A stretch of DNA of 64,000 nucleotides from a virus. Shown in pieces: positions 49,151 to 58,178 of this stretch. The DNA lies in the IMG/VR virus record IMGVR_UViG_3300037851_000503, positions 2,767-66,766 of that record, one strand, 5' to 3'. The translations under genes and the position numbers were made by a program. The notes under the pieces are model-generated. The model saw only the letters and a list, made by a program, of their open reading frames with translations, ran no database searches and was not told where the DNA came from. How positions within the stretch are numbered: position 1 is the first letter of the stretch; each line of letters opens with the position of its first letter.

Positions 49151-49332
49151 TACTTCTTCTCCTTAGCCTTATTGATGATCTCTTTTGCTGCCTCCTCGTC
49201 CCTCGCCTTCCTCATAGCCTTAGCCGCCGCGTCCTCTCCTATCTTCTCCAACTTCCTATCCCTCTCCTCGGGAGGGATATCCTTGAGGGTGTTGATTCCA
49301 AACAATCCCAGAAGCCAATCTATGAAGCTCAC
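49150..49332 (-). CDS. Small Lys/Glu-rich protein
   Basis: 60-aa ORF. Confidence 0.25.
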   Translation of the reverse strand: MSFIDWLLGLFGINTLKDIPPEERDRKLEKIGEDAAAKAMRKARDEEAAKEIINKAKEKK

Positions 49333-49565
49333 TGTTTGTCTCCTTTCTTTTTGATGAGATCATCAATATATTGCTGGATGCGTTCCGCCTGAAGATTATT
49401 AGGCGGATCGATCCTTCCCGCCGCCTGATCCAATCGGTCAACCGCCTTCCACCCCTTGAGGATTTCATGAGCGTGGTCGGGGAAGTCTCGATGGAAACAG
49501 GAGTCGCACATCTCTCCTTCATAAGAGACATCGTCATTGCAACCGCCACTACACTTAAAAGACAT
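49329..49565 (-). CDS. Small zinc-ribbon protein
   Basis: CSGGCNDD...CDSC. Confidence 0.3.
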   Translation of the reverse strand: MSFKCSGGCNDDVSYEGEMCDSCFHRDFPDHAHEILKGWKAVDRLDQAAGRIDPPNNLQAERIQQYIDDLIKKKGDKQ

Positions 49566-49739
49566 TATTTCTCTTCCTTTCTCTTATCCAAAATACTTAA
49601 AATTTTCCAGGCCACCCGATCTAGCCTCTCCTTATCTTCCTCAGTTACCGAACTATCAGGAAAGACGAAGGGATTGCTTCTAAGCTCCTCTTCACTATCC
49701 TCAAAAAGAACATCGTTGGCCGCTCATGGCCAGATCTCT

Positions 49740-49940
49740 TCAAGGTTTCTCTCTTCGCTGCCGCTCATTCTCTTCCTGCTCCTTTCTCTGACGCTCAGCC
49801 TCATCCCTTCTTCTATTTTCTTCCTCCTGTTGTCTCCTCCGTTCCTCTTCCTGCCGTCTCTGCTCAGCCCCTCTTAACAACTCAAGCTGTTCCAAAGCAT
49901 CTTGATACTCTTTTCTTAGACGCTGCTCATCATCTGACAT
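49740..49940 (-). CDS. Small charged coiled-coil protein (Arg/Glu/Gln-rich)
   Basis: RRQEEERRRQQEEENRRRDEAERQRKEQEENERQRR. Confidence 0.25.
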   Translation of the reverse strand: MSDDEQRLRKEYQDALEQLELLRGAEQRRQEEERRRQQEEENRRRDEAERQRKEQEENERQRREKP

Positions 49941-50066
49941 CTCGATCCCCTCTCTAGAATTAAAACCCGTAAGTCCTTTAAGACGGTCATGTACACCTTA
50001 TAAATAGATAGAGGTGTACACGGGTTAGTCTTGAAAGATTGTTTACGTTTTACGTAAACAATTTCA

Positions 50067-50813
50067 TTAGAATCCTCTCATTTGGCATAGTAATTGCAAG
50101 AACTTTTCTATCGCTTTGAGGTTTTTTGCCTCCTCAATCACATCGGATAGCTCCATTGCCGCCATATCCGGTCCTCCCATCCGATCCACATACTTGTTTA
50201 GTGCGCGGATCATCGACCTACTAAGAGACTTCTTGCTACGAATACGAGGCTCTCTTGCGCTTTCAGGCTGTTGGGGATAGATGAAAAAGACTTCTTCCAC
50301 TTTAGACCTAACATCCTTCTCCAAACTATCGGGAGGTATCTCCATTACCTTCGATATGTCCTTATAGATCAGAAGGTTATATCGGACCTTCGTCTTGTAG
50401 GTTTCCGTTCTCTCCTCTATTATCCGGCGCTCCACGATCTTGAAGTACTGCCCATCCTGCCAACGGAAAAACTCAGGGCACTTATCCCTCAGCCTTCTAA
50501 GAGCCCTATTCTGATGCTCCGGGTTAGAGGTGATCCTCCTGGCCATTCTCATTAGGGATATCTCATCCCAGTCCGAGCGGTCCCAGTTTCCAGTGGCATA
50601 TAAGGCAATGACGAATTCCTGAAGGACATCAGGAACTCCAATTCTATTTAAGATCATCGATAGAATGGCGACGTTTCTCTGTGAAATCCTGTTGACCTGA
50701 GATGGGGCAACCAAAAATAAGTTATTGTGACTGCTCATTTTACGACTCCCTCTTTTTGGCCTGGAAATATTTGGCGCGCTCAGGTATAATAGGGTATCTC
50801 GGCCATCGAGCAA
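50067..50813 (-). CDS. Hypothetical protein
   Basis: 248-aa ORF. Confidence 0.35.
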   Translation of the reverse strand: MLDGRDTLLYLSAPNISRPKRGSRKMSSHNNLFLVAPSQVNRISQRNVAILSMILNRIGVPDVLQEFVIALYATGNWDRSDWDEISLMRMARRITSNPEHQNRALRRLRDKCPEFFRWQDGQYFKIVERRIIEERTETYKTKVRYNLLIYKDISKVMEIPPDSLEKDVRSKVEEVFFIYPQQPESAREPRIRSKKSLSRSMIRALNKYVDRMGGPDMAAMELSDVIEEAKNLKAIEKFLQLLCQMRGF

Positions 50814-50907
50814 AAGGCGTTTAGGTGTGACCCTTATTTACTCAACGACAGACTAGAGGGGAGGAATCCAACCCTCCCCCTTCCTCTACATTTTCAGATC
50901 AAGAATC

Positions 50908-51228
50908 TCAAAGCCTCAGATCAAGAATCTCAAAGTCGTCGAACTCGTTCTTCTCTGTCTCTTCCTTATCGTAGGTGATCTTACCCCCTACTCCATGAAG
51001 GATCGCGGAGATTATCTCCACCACGGAGGCGCAACAGGTTAAGCTTCTCTCTCCCTCGATCCTGATTTCAGTAATAGGCTCAGTCAGAGAGATGAGCTTG
51101 TCAGCCATTAGCTGATCCTCATCCTTCTTGACGCTGAAGACGCTGACAACGACAACAGGGACAGGCTTACTTAACAGGCAATCTTCCTTCCCGCACTTAC
51201 ACTTTCCTCTTAAGATCATGGTTACCAT
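50908..51228 (-). CDS. Hypothetical protein
   Basis: 106-aa ORF. Confidence 0.3.
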   Translation of the reverse strand: MVTMILRGKCKCGKEDCLLSKPVPVVVVSVFSVKKDEDQLMADKLISLTEPITEIRIEGERSLTCCASVVEIISAILHGVGGKITYDKEETEKNEFDDFEILDLRL

Positions 51229-51245
51229 TTCTTATCCTCACTTTC

Positions 51246-51887
51246 TTAGCTGAACATTTTCTTCCAGATCGTTATGGCCTCCAACTTCTCAGTCCTGGTC
51301 CTGGCATACTTATATTGAGCTATGGATAGGGCCTCTGAGATGGAAGCCGCCGATAATTCTCCTCTGGTGATGGCGTTGAGGCATAAGGTCGCCTTCCTTA
51401 GTTCCTCATTTCTAATGTAATAATTAGCGAGTTCGGCCAGGGCCGGATTCCCGAACTCACCAATCGGAGTTCGATCCCATCTGAGGATCAGTTGCCGCTG
51501 TTGCTGTAGCGTGGGAAGGAAGACCCTGAAGGTCGGCATCTTCCAGCTTTGGGTTTCAGCCCTCTCGATCCTCCCCCCGGCGACCATTACCTCCCCTTCC
51601 TTCTCTCCTTGTATTCCTATCCTTAAGGAGATGTAACAGTACCATTCGGCGCGGCCAACAGGGGGAAGTTCCGGCCAGAGGACGCATCTCAGCCTCTCGA
51701 TGCAGGGAATGGGGAGGAGATAGTATCTCTCGTTGATCTTTTTTCCCCTGGCTCTCCATCCCCAATTCCCCTGCGTTGAATATCCCTTAATCGCCAGAGT
51801 CTTCTCGACCCTTCTCTTCGCCTCTCCTAGATCCATTTGATGGTTATCAGACATCGGATATCTCCCGGACGATCCACTCTCCGTCAA
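51246..51887 (-). CDS. Hypothetical protein
   Basis: 213-aa ORF. Confidence 0.35.
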   Translation of the reverse strand: MTESGSSGRYPMSDNHQMDLGEAKRRVEKTLAIKGYSTQGNWGWRARGKKINERYYLLPIPCIERLRCVLWPELPPVGRAEWYCYISLRIGIQGEKEGEVMVAGGRIERAETQSWKMPTFRVFLPTLQQQRQLILRWDRTPIGEFGNPALAELANYYIRNEELRKATLCLNAITRGELSAASISEALSIAQYKYARTRTEKLEAITIWKKMFS

Positions 51888-52317
51888 GCCGGATAAGCTC
51901 TACTCGAAAGCCGTTCTTCTCGCAGGCTTGTTTGCATATCCTGGCTGCGGCATGATCATCGTCAAAGGGAATCATTGGAATTGGAACCCCTTCTCCCCTA
52001 AGTGAATAACATAGAACAAGGCCATTCCGTGTAGCCCACTCCTCGAAGGGATTAAGACCAGCATTCCTCTTGTCTTTGACGATCCGCTCCGCTCTTTTAT
52101 TGTTCCTTCTTATCTCGTCGGCGGCAGCCCAGTCTGCCATAGGCCAGAAGACGATGAGGGAAAGATAGGTTTGAGCTAGAGAATAAAAGAGAGGCTTGTT
52201 ACTTTCCTTATGGATGGTTGCAATCTCCCGGCAATAGCGTATAACTAGAGCACAACCAATAAGGAGATAGACCTGGGAGATGAGGAGAAGAACGAGAAAC
52301 AAATCCATTGGCTCCAT
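51847..52317 (-). CDS. Membrane-anchored hypothetical protein
   Basis: N-terminal TM LFLVLLLISQVYLLIGCALVI; motif cluster upstream. Confidence 0.35.
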   Translation of the reverse strand: MEPMDLFLVLLLISQVYLLIGCALVIRYCREIATIHKESNKPLFYSLAQTYLSLIVFWPMADWAAADEIRRNNKRAERIVKDKRNAGLNPFEEWATRNGLVLCYSLRGEGVPIPMIPFDDDHAAARICKQACEKNGFRVELIRLDGEWIVREISDV

Positions 52318-52454
52318 CTTATTTCTCCTTACATAAAATCTCGTAATAGGCGATAGTCCGAGTTCTTTGGCTATCGCTCATCTTTCTCCATCCGGCGCGG
52401 GCATCCTCCTCATTCCCATCGATCCCGACCGGCTTTTGAAGCGCGATGATCATC

Positions 52455-52545
52455 TTATTCATGGCTACTCCTGAGAGTAACATACAGATAACTGGATGTT
52501 ACTTTATGTTATCCATATGTTACTCTTATGTTACTTGTTAGACAT
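52455..52545 (-). promoter_or_regulatory. Motif cluster (5 copies) between JAB gene and downstream operon
   Basis: gagAGTAACATacagataactggATGTTACTttatgttatccatATGTTACTcttATGTTACTtgttag. Confidence 0.45.
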
Positions 52546-52546
52546 C

Positions 52547-53380
52547 TTAGACATCGTAGTCGCAGGGATTGCGATATTCCCGGAAGATCTCCTCATATTC
52601 CTTCTGAGTGAGTCTTGAAGACTTGCCGATGAGGGACTTGACGGGCTGGACGATCTCAGGCGGGGGCAGATGTTGCGGGATTGAAACCCTATCGACTCCG
52701 AAGACCGCCGAGCGATACAAAGCCTTGGCTTCTCTCACTCCGCAACTTCCGATTCTAGTCGCCATATACTTGGTTCCTCCCTTCTCCTCGCTCCATTCCC
52801 CGCAGTCGCCGAGGCTGGCCGCCGATTGACCCCTGGTTTGAGGCATCACCGGACGGGTAATAAAGGGCCAGTCTTCGACGCCTATTGGAACGACCTTGAA
52901 CTGGGCGACTCCCAGCCCGCCGCACGGCAGGTTGAATCGCCCTTCGGCTTGATAGGCGAAGCCGAGGAGAGCGAACTCTCCCATCTGAGGATGAGCGCCG
53001 TCGATCTTTGAGGAGAGGACAATCGAAGAAGGGAAGCGCTGGTTGAGGCCGTTCTTCCCTGTGTCGATGGACGAGAAGAAGGCTCCCATCGTGTGATGAG
53101 AGTGGACGACCCCGACCAGATTATCCGTGACGAACGGAGGAAGAGGTTCCTCAGTCGAACAAGCTCCGTGGCTTCTCTTCTGGCGGCGGGGAACGTAGAC
53201 CTCCTCGATAGTGACGTGAAGACCTTCCTCAGTTCGCTCGCCCAATAGTACTGCGAGCCATTCATCCGGTTCATGAACCGCCCCGGCGAACATTGCCAGG
53301 ATGTCAGGATCTATTTCCATCCTGCCGATGGAGCCGGTTGCAATCGGACACTTATGAACGACTGGAATATCAAACGACAT
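52547..53380 (-). CDS. JAB/MPN (JAMM) metalloprotease, deubiquitinase-like
   Basis: Complete JAMM signature: upstream Glu (GERTEEG) and HSHHTMGAFFSSID = HxH-x7-S-x2-D. Start set at the ATG after RBS GGAGG, a few bp from the E1 stop. Confidence 0.7.
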   Translation of the reverse strand: MSFDIPVVHKCPIATGSIGRMEIDPDILAMFAGAVHEPDEWLAVLLGERTEEGLHVTIEEVYVPRRQKRSHGACSTEEPLPPFVTDNLVGVVHSHHTMGAFFSSIDTGKNGLNQRFPSSIVLSSKIDGAHPQMGEFALLGFAYQAEGRFNLPCGGLGVAQFKVVPIGVEDWPFITRPVMPQTRGQSAASLGDCGEWSEEKGGTKYMATRIGSCGVREAKALYRSAVFGVDRVSIPQHLPPPEIVQPVKSLIGKSSRLTQKEYEEIFREYRNPCDYDV

Positions 53381-53987
53381 TTGAAACCTCCTCGGGAACG
53401 GGAATAGTGAACTGGAGTTCCAGGCACTTCCCCACATACAAATAGTAGTCGACGGCGCTGGCTCCAACTCCAGCAGCCATCATGGCATGGCCGATGTGGG
53501 GCAGCTTGCCATAGCCTCCTTCTCCCGCCGCCCCTTCGGCAAAGAGAGGAGGGCCGGGAGAAACGGTGACGATCCCTAGACCGTCATAGGAGACGCGAAT
53601 GTAACTCGCCCCCGCAGCCATGGCTGCATCGAAGATCGCAACTCGTTTTGTAAGTGACATATCAGTTGCGTCCACGACTAGGGTCTGCTTCCAGGTTTCC
53701 TGGTTTCCATTTCCGAAGTCTTCAGGAAGGAAGAACTTCTCATGAACGTGGGGAAGGGGATCTCCCATTGACCACGATACCATGGTCTTAAGAAGACTGA
53801 CCTTCGTTGAGTTATCCTTTAAGGGTTTCGGAAGTCTTCTGAATCCATCTCCTCCCTCAAAGGTATCAGGATCATAGACAGTAATCGCAACCTGTTGCCC
53901 TCTCATCATCCGGCAGAGGGCGATTGCCAGCCAGTAGCCGACACCTCCCGCGCCGAGGATGAGGATCTGTTTAAACTTAGGATTCAT
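53370..53987 (-). CDS. E1-like (ThiF/MoeB-family) activating-enzyme adenylation domain
   Basis: ILILGAGGVGYWLAIAL Rossmann GxGxxG; VYDPDTFEGGDGFRRL and LVVDATDMSLTKRVAIFDAAMAAGASYIRVS parallel the ThiF blocks D.D.V..SNL.RQ and DLV.DCTDN...R...N; 205 aa. Confidence 0.6.
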   Translation of the reverse strand: MNPKFKQILILGAGGVGYWLAIALCRMMRGQQVAITVYDPDTFEGGDGFRRLPKPLKDNSTKVSLLKTMVSWSMGDPLPHVHEKFFLPEDFGNGNQETWKQTLVVDATDMSLTKRVAIFDAAMAAGASYIRVSYDGLGIVTVSPGPPLFAEGAAGEGGYGKLPHIGHAMMAAGVGASAVDYYLYVGKCLELQFTIPVPEEVSNVV

Positions 53988-53999
53988 TTAGTTCTCCTT

Positions 54000-54833
54000 T
54001 TACTCAGTAGGATTAGGATAGGGATTGCAATCTGAACAGTAACCTCTAACTAGATAGTCAGTAGGGATTAAGTAATTGCAACCTCGGCACTCTCTCGCGT
54101 GATAGGTTGTGCATGGTGAGCACCAGACCTTGGATGCGATACTGTATCGCGATCTTACTCTGGAGGTGTAGGGGGTAATCTCATGCTCGTGACATCTATC
54201 GCATTGGGTGCTGGACATCTCAAAGCATTTTTGACACCTTCCGCGCATCCGCTTCCAGTTGGGCTCGTGGAACTCCCTGACATCGAAGCACTGATTACAT
54301 CTAGTTATCTTGGCATGGTCAAGGCACTCATTAGAACACACCCTGGAGCTATCCCTTAACAGGGTAGTAAAGTTAAGTGCTGAAGACTCGGGCGCGGTGT
54401 CCTGACAGATTGGACACCTAAAATGCCTCAGGTTAGGACACTTATGCCCGATATATTTGTTGAACCAGATCTCCGTATTGTAATAGTGAGATCCGGGAGC
54501 AATCCCAAGGAATAGAGCTTCGACCAGGGTCTTACTGTTCCCTAGACAAACTCTCCCTCCTCGTGGATGAGAAATGTGAGGATGACCCTGATGGGGCTTG
54601 GCGATGGGAAGACTTGTCTTAATGTCCCAGATGTTGATGACTTCTTTTCCTGCTTCATCTATCATCCAGATTCTATTTGTCTGGATCATTTGCTGACAAT
54701 GGGGGCATCTGGCGGAAGGATCGATCAGAATCCTGATTCCCTCTCTAGCTCTCCATGTGAGATTCTCCTTGCCAGTCTTGTGGGAAGACACAGCTTCAGC
54801 AAAGGAAAGCAGAAACTCTCTCTCATTCATCTT
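54000..54833 (-). CDS. E2-like (UBC-fold) protein fused to a C-terminal multi-zinc-finger (RING-like?) region
   Basis: HPHISHPRGGRVCLGNS resembles the UBC HPN...G.ICL active-site block. The C-terminal 150 aa carry >20 Cys/His in CxxC pairs. Start set at ATG 54833 (RBS AGGAAGGAG), overlapping the upstream stop. Confidence 0.5.
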   Translation of the reverse strand, partial: KMNEREFLLSFAEAVSSHKTGKENLTWRAREGIRILIDPSARCPHCQQMIQTNRIWMIDEAGKEVINIWDIKTSLPIAKPHQGHPHISHPRGGRVCLGNSKTLVEALFLGIAPGSHYYNTEIWFNKYIGHKCPNLRHFRCPICQDTAPESSALNFTTLLRDSSRVCSNECLDHAKITRCNQCFDVREFHEPNWKRMRGRCQKCFEMSSTQCDRCHEHEITPYTSRVRSRYSIASKVWCSPCTTYHARECRGCNYLIPTDYLVRGYCSDCNPYPNPTE

Positions 54834-55446
54834 CATCTCCTTCCTGGCCGGTGAGATTCTCCTCCTCCTCCTCCTCCTCTCCTGTCTCCAGGTCAACAAT
54901 CACCCAGGCTTCATCTCCTTCGTCTACCTCCACTTCCTCTCCAGTCGGGGACCTCCACGTTACTCTCGGTCCCTCCTCGCCATTCTCGTCCTTTACCATC
55001 TTGAACTTAACGGCGATTGTCTTGCTACTTACGTTCATTGCCAGACTGTGAACGGGAGATCCACTACCGGTTTCGACCGCATACGTCTGTTGGATAGGAT
55101 GGAACACTTCAGCGATGAGCTTTGCTCCAAGGTCGAAGATCGACTTCTTGACTTCAGGATCATGTGCGATCCCGAAGAATCTAGCGACTGCCGCGAGAGC
55201 GCCAGGAACCCAGAGAGGCATCGGCTGGGACGGATCATGGCCGAAATACAGTTCGCTGGCATATCTGCCCCAGGGACTCTGGGCTCTAATTACCAGGGGC
55301 GTCCCCTTGTCCTGATCCCATAACAGGCAATAGTAGCCGGGCCACCGTGCCGGTCTGTTCTGAGCCACATAAATAATAAAATTCTTGACGTTCTGAACCA
55401 TCCCCCGGTCCATTTTGGACGGATCGATAAAAGGTACGAGATGCAT
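54823..55446 (-). CDS. First gene of E2-E1-JAB operon; acidic C-terminal tail
   Basis: 207 aa; C-terminal half KTIAVKFKMVKDENGEEGPRVTWRSPTGEEVEVDEGDEAWVIVDLETG then EEEEEE tail; promoter-like motif cluster upstream. Confidence 0.4.
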   Translation of the reverse strand: MHLVPFIDPSKMDRGMVQNVKNFIIYVAQNRPARWPGYYCLLWDQDKGTPLVIRAQSPWGRYASELYFGHDPSQPMPLWVPGALAAVARFFGIAHDPEVKKSIFDLGAKLIAEVFHPIQQTYAVETGSGSPVHSLAMNVSSKTIAVKFKMVKDENGEEGPRVTWRSPTGEEVEVDEGDEAWVIVDLETGEEEEEEENLTGQEGDEDE

Positions 55447-55529
55447 AGTTCTCCTTTGACTGTTGGTTGAAAGATGAAGTAGAAAGACAAAGTAGAAAGA
55501 GTACCTTAAAGTACTTAAAAGGAGTAACT

Positions 55530-55625
55530 ACTCTGAGGTATCGTGTTACTTTTATGTTACTCTATGTTACTTTAAGGTACTCAAGAGTAACCTAGATGTT
55601 ACTCCAGGTTACTCTTAGCCGCCGG
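55530..55625 (-). promoter_or_regulatory. Motif cluster upstream of the E2-E1-JAB operon
   Basis: ggAGTAACTactctgaggtatcgtGTTACTtttATGTTACTctATGTTACTttaaggtactcaagAGTAACctagATGTTACTccagGTTACTctt. Confidence 0.45.
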
Positions 55626-55639
55626 TCTGCGATCACATA

Positions 55640-55951
55640 TTAGATCCCCGCCTGGGCCTGATGAACAGGGCGGATCGTCTCTCCCTGGTAGGGGCGATCC
55701 TGACCATCAGTGCTCTTGAGAACCGACGAAGCTTCGGAGGTGACGATCTCCGTCTTTCCGTCCGCCCCGATTACTTCGACCATCGAAGCCGACTGAGAGC
55801 CGGACTCCCTGAGGACTTCACGGATCTTGCCCAGGAGGGTGATCGTGTCGCCGTTGGACTGAAAGGAGACTTTGTTGAACTCACCTCGGGTGACTTCAAC
55901 GCTCGATTTGTATTCAACGTTACCTTCAAATTTGACGTTCCTGATTGACAT
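55640..55951 (-). CDS. Small beta-rich protein (ubiquitin-like beta-grasp candidate, speculative)
   Basis: 103 aa, alternating hydrophobic beta pattern (MVEVIGADGKTEIV); sits just upstream of the E2-E1-JAB operon promoter. Confidence 0.3.
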   Translation of the reverse strand: MSIRNVKFEGNVEYKSSVEVTRGEFNKVSFQSNGDTITLLGKIREVLRESGSQSASMVEVIGADGKTEIVTSEASSVLKSTDGQDRPYQGETIRPVHQAQAGI

Positions 55952-56150
55952 AATAGGATTATCCTTTCTTTCTTAGCTAAGTTAGGGTTAGAGTTTTAGG
56001 AGTTTGTCGAACTCCTCGTTAAGTTCCTTCCTTCTCCGATCATTCAGCACTTTCAACTTAAAGCTGAGATACCTCCCTAAGTAGTAAGCGCCGACCAGAC
56101 CGGAGGGAAGGAGGAAAATGAGAATAGAGATAATGGCCAGCTTAATCATC

Positions 56151-56957
56151 TTATTGTTTTAAATGCAACTGTGGCGTCCCCTCGACAATCGTCAAGGAGC
56201 CTTGATGTTTAGCTATGCCGTCAGACTTCGCTCGCTGGATCTCAAGCTCCAACCTGAGCTTCTCCAGGGTGAGGAGGGCAGGATTGGCATATGTCTGCGC
56301 CTCAACCTGCTTTTTCTCTGCCTCGACTCGTGCCCTTGCCAGATCTGCCTCCGCTGCCTCTTTCGCCTTTTGATTGGCGACCACCGCCGCCGCCGCGTTT
56401 TCGATCTGATCCGGCAGGTCAGGACGACCGACGATCTGGATGGATTCAAGTTTGAGCCACATTTGTTGCCGGAGGATAGGTACTAGGGCCTCAAAGATCT
56501 TCTTTTGAATGTTCTCCTGGTTAGATAGAAGCTCATAGGCTTGGTACTCGGCGATTGCGTTCTTGGCCTCGGTGTTCACTCTCGCGTGAAGAAGGGGCTC
56601 AAGGCGGGACTTCCTATCCTCAGGAGTGAGGCCGAACTTCGTGACAAACGCCTTAATATCCTCATCGGACTGAGGCGGATCGATTGTAACCTGGATCTGC
56701 ATGCCGACCTGGGCATTGTCCTTCGTGGAGCCTTGAACGCCTTCGCTGAGAGAGAAGGTCTTGGCGTCGTACTCGAAGGTACTTATGGTCGGGCTGATGG
56801 TGGAAACAAACCCATCGCTGGGTTTGATGACCTGTTTGATCCCCGTACTATCGGTGACGATGACCCTCGTTCCAACGGAGGCGCTGGAACAGGCAAGGGA
56901 CAGGATAGTGAGGATGAGGGTTATAACGAACAATAATGTTCTTTTCGTAGTGGACAT
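56151..56957 (-). CDS. SPFH/band-7 (HflC/stomatin-like) lipoprotein
   Basis: Lipobox LSLAC after a signal peptide; SPFH-like core and C-terminal Ala/Glu-rich helix AAAAVVANQKAKEAAEADLARARVEAEKKQ. Confidence 0.55.
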   Translation of the reverse strand: MSTTKRTLLFVITLILTILSLACSSASVGTRVIVTDSTGIKQVIKPSDGFVSTISPTISTFEYDAKTFSLSEGVQGSTKDNAQVGMQIQVTIDPPQSDEDIKAFVTKFGLTPEDRKSRLEPLLHARVNTEAKNAIAEYQAYELLSNQENIQKKIFEALVPILRQQMWLKLESIQIVGRPDLPDQIENAAAAVVANQKAKEAAEADLARARVEAEKKQVEAQTYANPALLTLEKLRLELEIQRAKSDGIAKHQGSLTIVEGTPQLHLKQ

Positions 56958-57047
56958 AGGATACTCCTTCCTATTTGAAAAAGGGGAGGACGAGGTTAGT
57001 CATCCTCCCTTAGTGTGGGATTTAACTAATCGTCAGGAGTCAGCTTA

Positions 57048-57095
57048 GACTCCAGACCACGCGCCACCATACTTTTACCTAGTGGCGCGCATCTG
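57048..57095. terminator. Strong hairpin GCGCCAC-N14-GTGGCGC, terminator-like, between SPFH gene and downstream genes
   Basis: cacGCGCCACcatacttttacctaGTGGCGCgcatc. Confidence 0.35.
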
Positions 57096-57343
57096 CAACC
57101 TATCCTTCCTGTTTTTTAGCTGCGTTTCTCTCTTCCTTACGAGTTCTTAGACATTGAAGACGAAGCTTAAGGGCTTCAAGTCTTCTGTCTTGAGGTGTCT
57201 CGGCTGCCGTGTCGATATTGACCGAATTCAGAGGCTTCTTACTGGCCATTCCTATTGTCCTCCTTTCCCTTTCCTTCCTAAGTAACTAAGGATGAGAACG
57301 CTTAGGAGGAAAGCAAGAATGGAGAAGATAGCAGTTGTTCCGT

Positions 57344-57604
57344 TCATGGCAAGCTCCACTCGATAGTTGGAACGACTAACTTAACCTCAAAGATGGCAGC
57401 GGTGTTACTCGGCCAATCTGCTATGTCCTGGAGGAGCTTGACCGCTGCCTGTTTATCGGTCACAAGACAAACGTCCGTAAGTTCCTCATTGAGTCTGGCT
57501 GTCAGTTCGCTTTCCTCAAGAAGCTCTAAGTGAAACTCGTCCTCGAAACGAACCATTAGTAAATATGGCATTGTTGCTCCTAACCTATCTATCCAGGAGC
57601 CCAA
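57344..57604 (-). CDS. Hypothetical acidic protein
   Basis: 86-aa ORF. Confidence 0.3.
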   Translation of the reverse strand: MGSWIDRLGATMPYLLMVRFEDEFHLELLEESELTARLNEELTDVCLVTDKQAAVKLLQDIADWPSNTAAIFEVKLVVPTIEWSLP

Positions 57605-58178
57605 TAATCAGGACTCCTAGAAGAAGGAATAAAATGAACCAGATTATTCGACTATTCATTACTTATTATCTCGATTAAAGGAATTCAACCTTCTTTTCTT
57701 TAAAGGCATCGATCTCATTGAGAGCCCTTAATAGGGCGGGATGGAGATCGGCTTCATGATATCGTAGTGGATACGGACAGCATCCTCAGTAACGTCGATG
57801 GAGAAAGCGGGGCTGAGATTGGTTATTAGCTGTTCTTTTTCCTTCTTCTCCATCTCAACACTAAAAGATATCCCCCAGAACGATCTCCTCTTTAACTTTA
57901 TTTGAAGAATTCATAACTTTTCCTCCTAATGTTGTTGACAGAATCGTAAATCCATGCTATCTTGAGCGCAGCGAACCCAGCAAAAGAGATATATAAAAGG
58001 AAGGGCAAATAGTTAAAGTTTTACTTGAAGAAGGTAATCGATTACCTTCGCTCAGGACAACACGTTGTCCTCAAGTTTTAACTTCAACAGGGTTGACTTT
58101 TCCTTTTTAATCTATTAGGATTGAAGAACGGATAAGTGTGTTTAGGTCCCGCTATCAATCGTAAGGATGAGGTCCGAC

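Noticed and set aside
53370-53987. Rossmann GxGxxG protein considered as a generic NAD(P)-dehydrogenase or ThyX-type enzyme
   Set aside because: Downstream blocks match the ThiF/MoeB adenylation family and the gene is flanked by E2-like and JAB genes.
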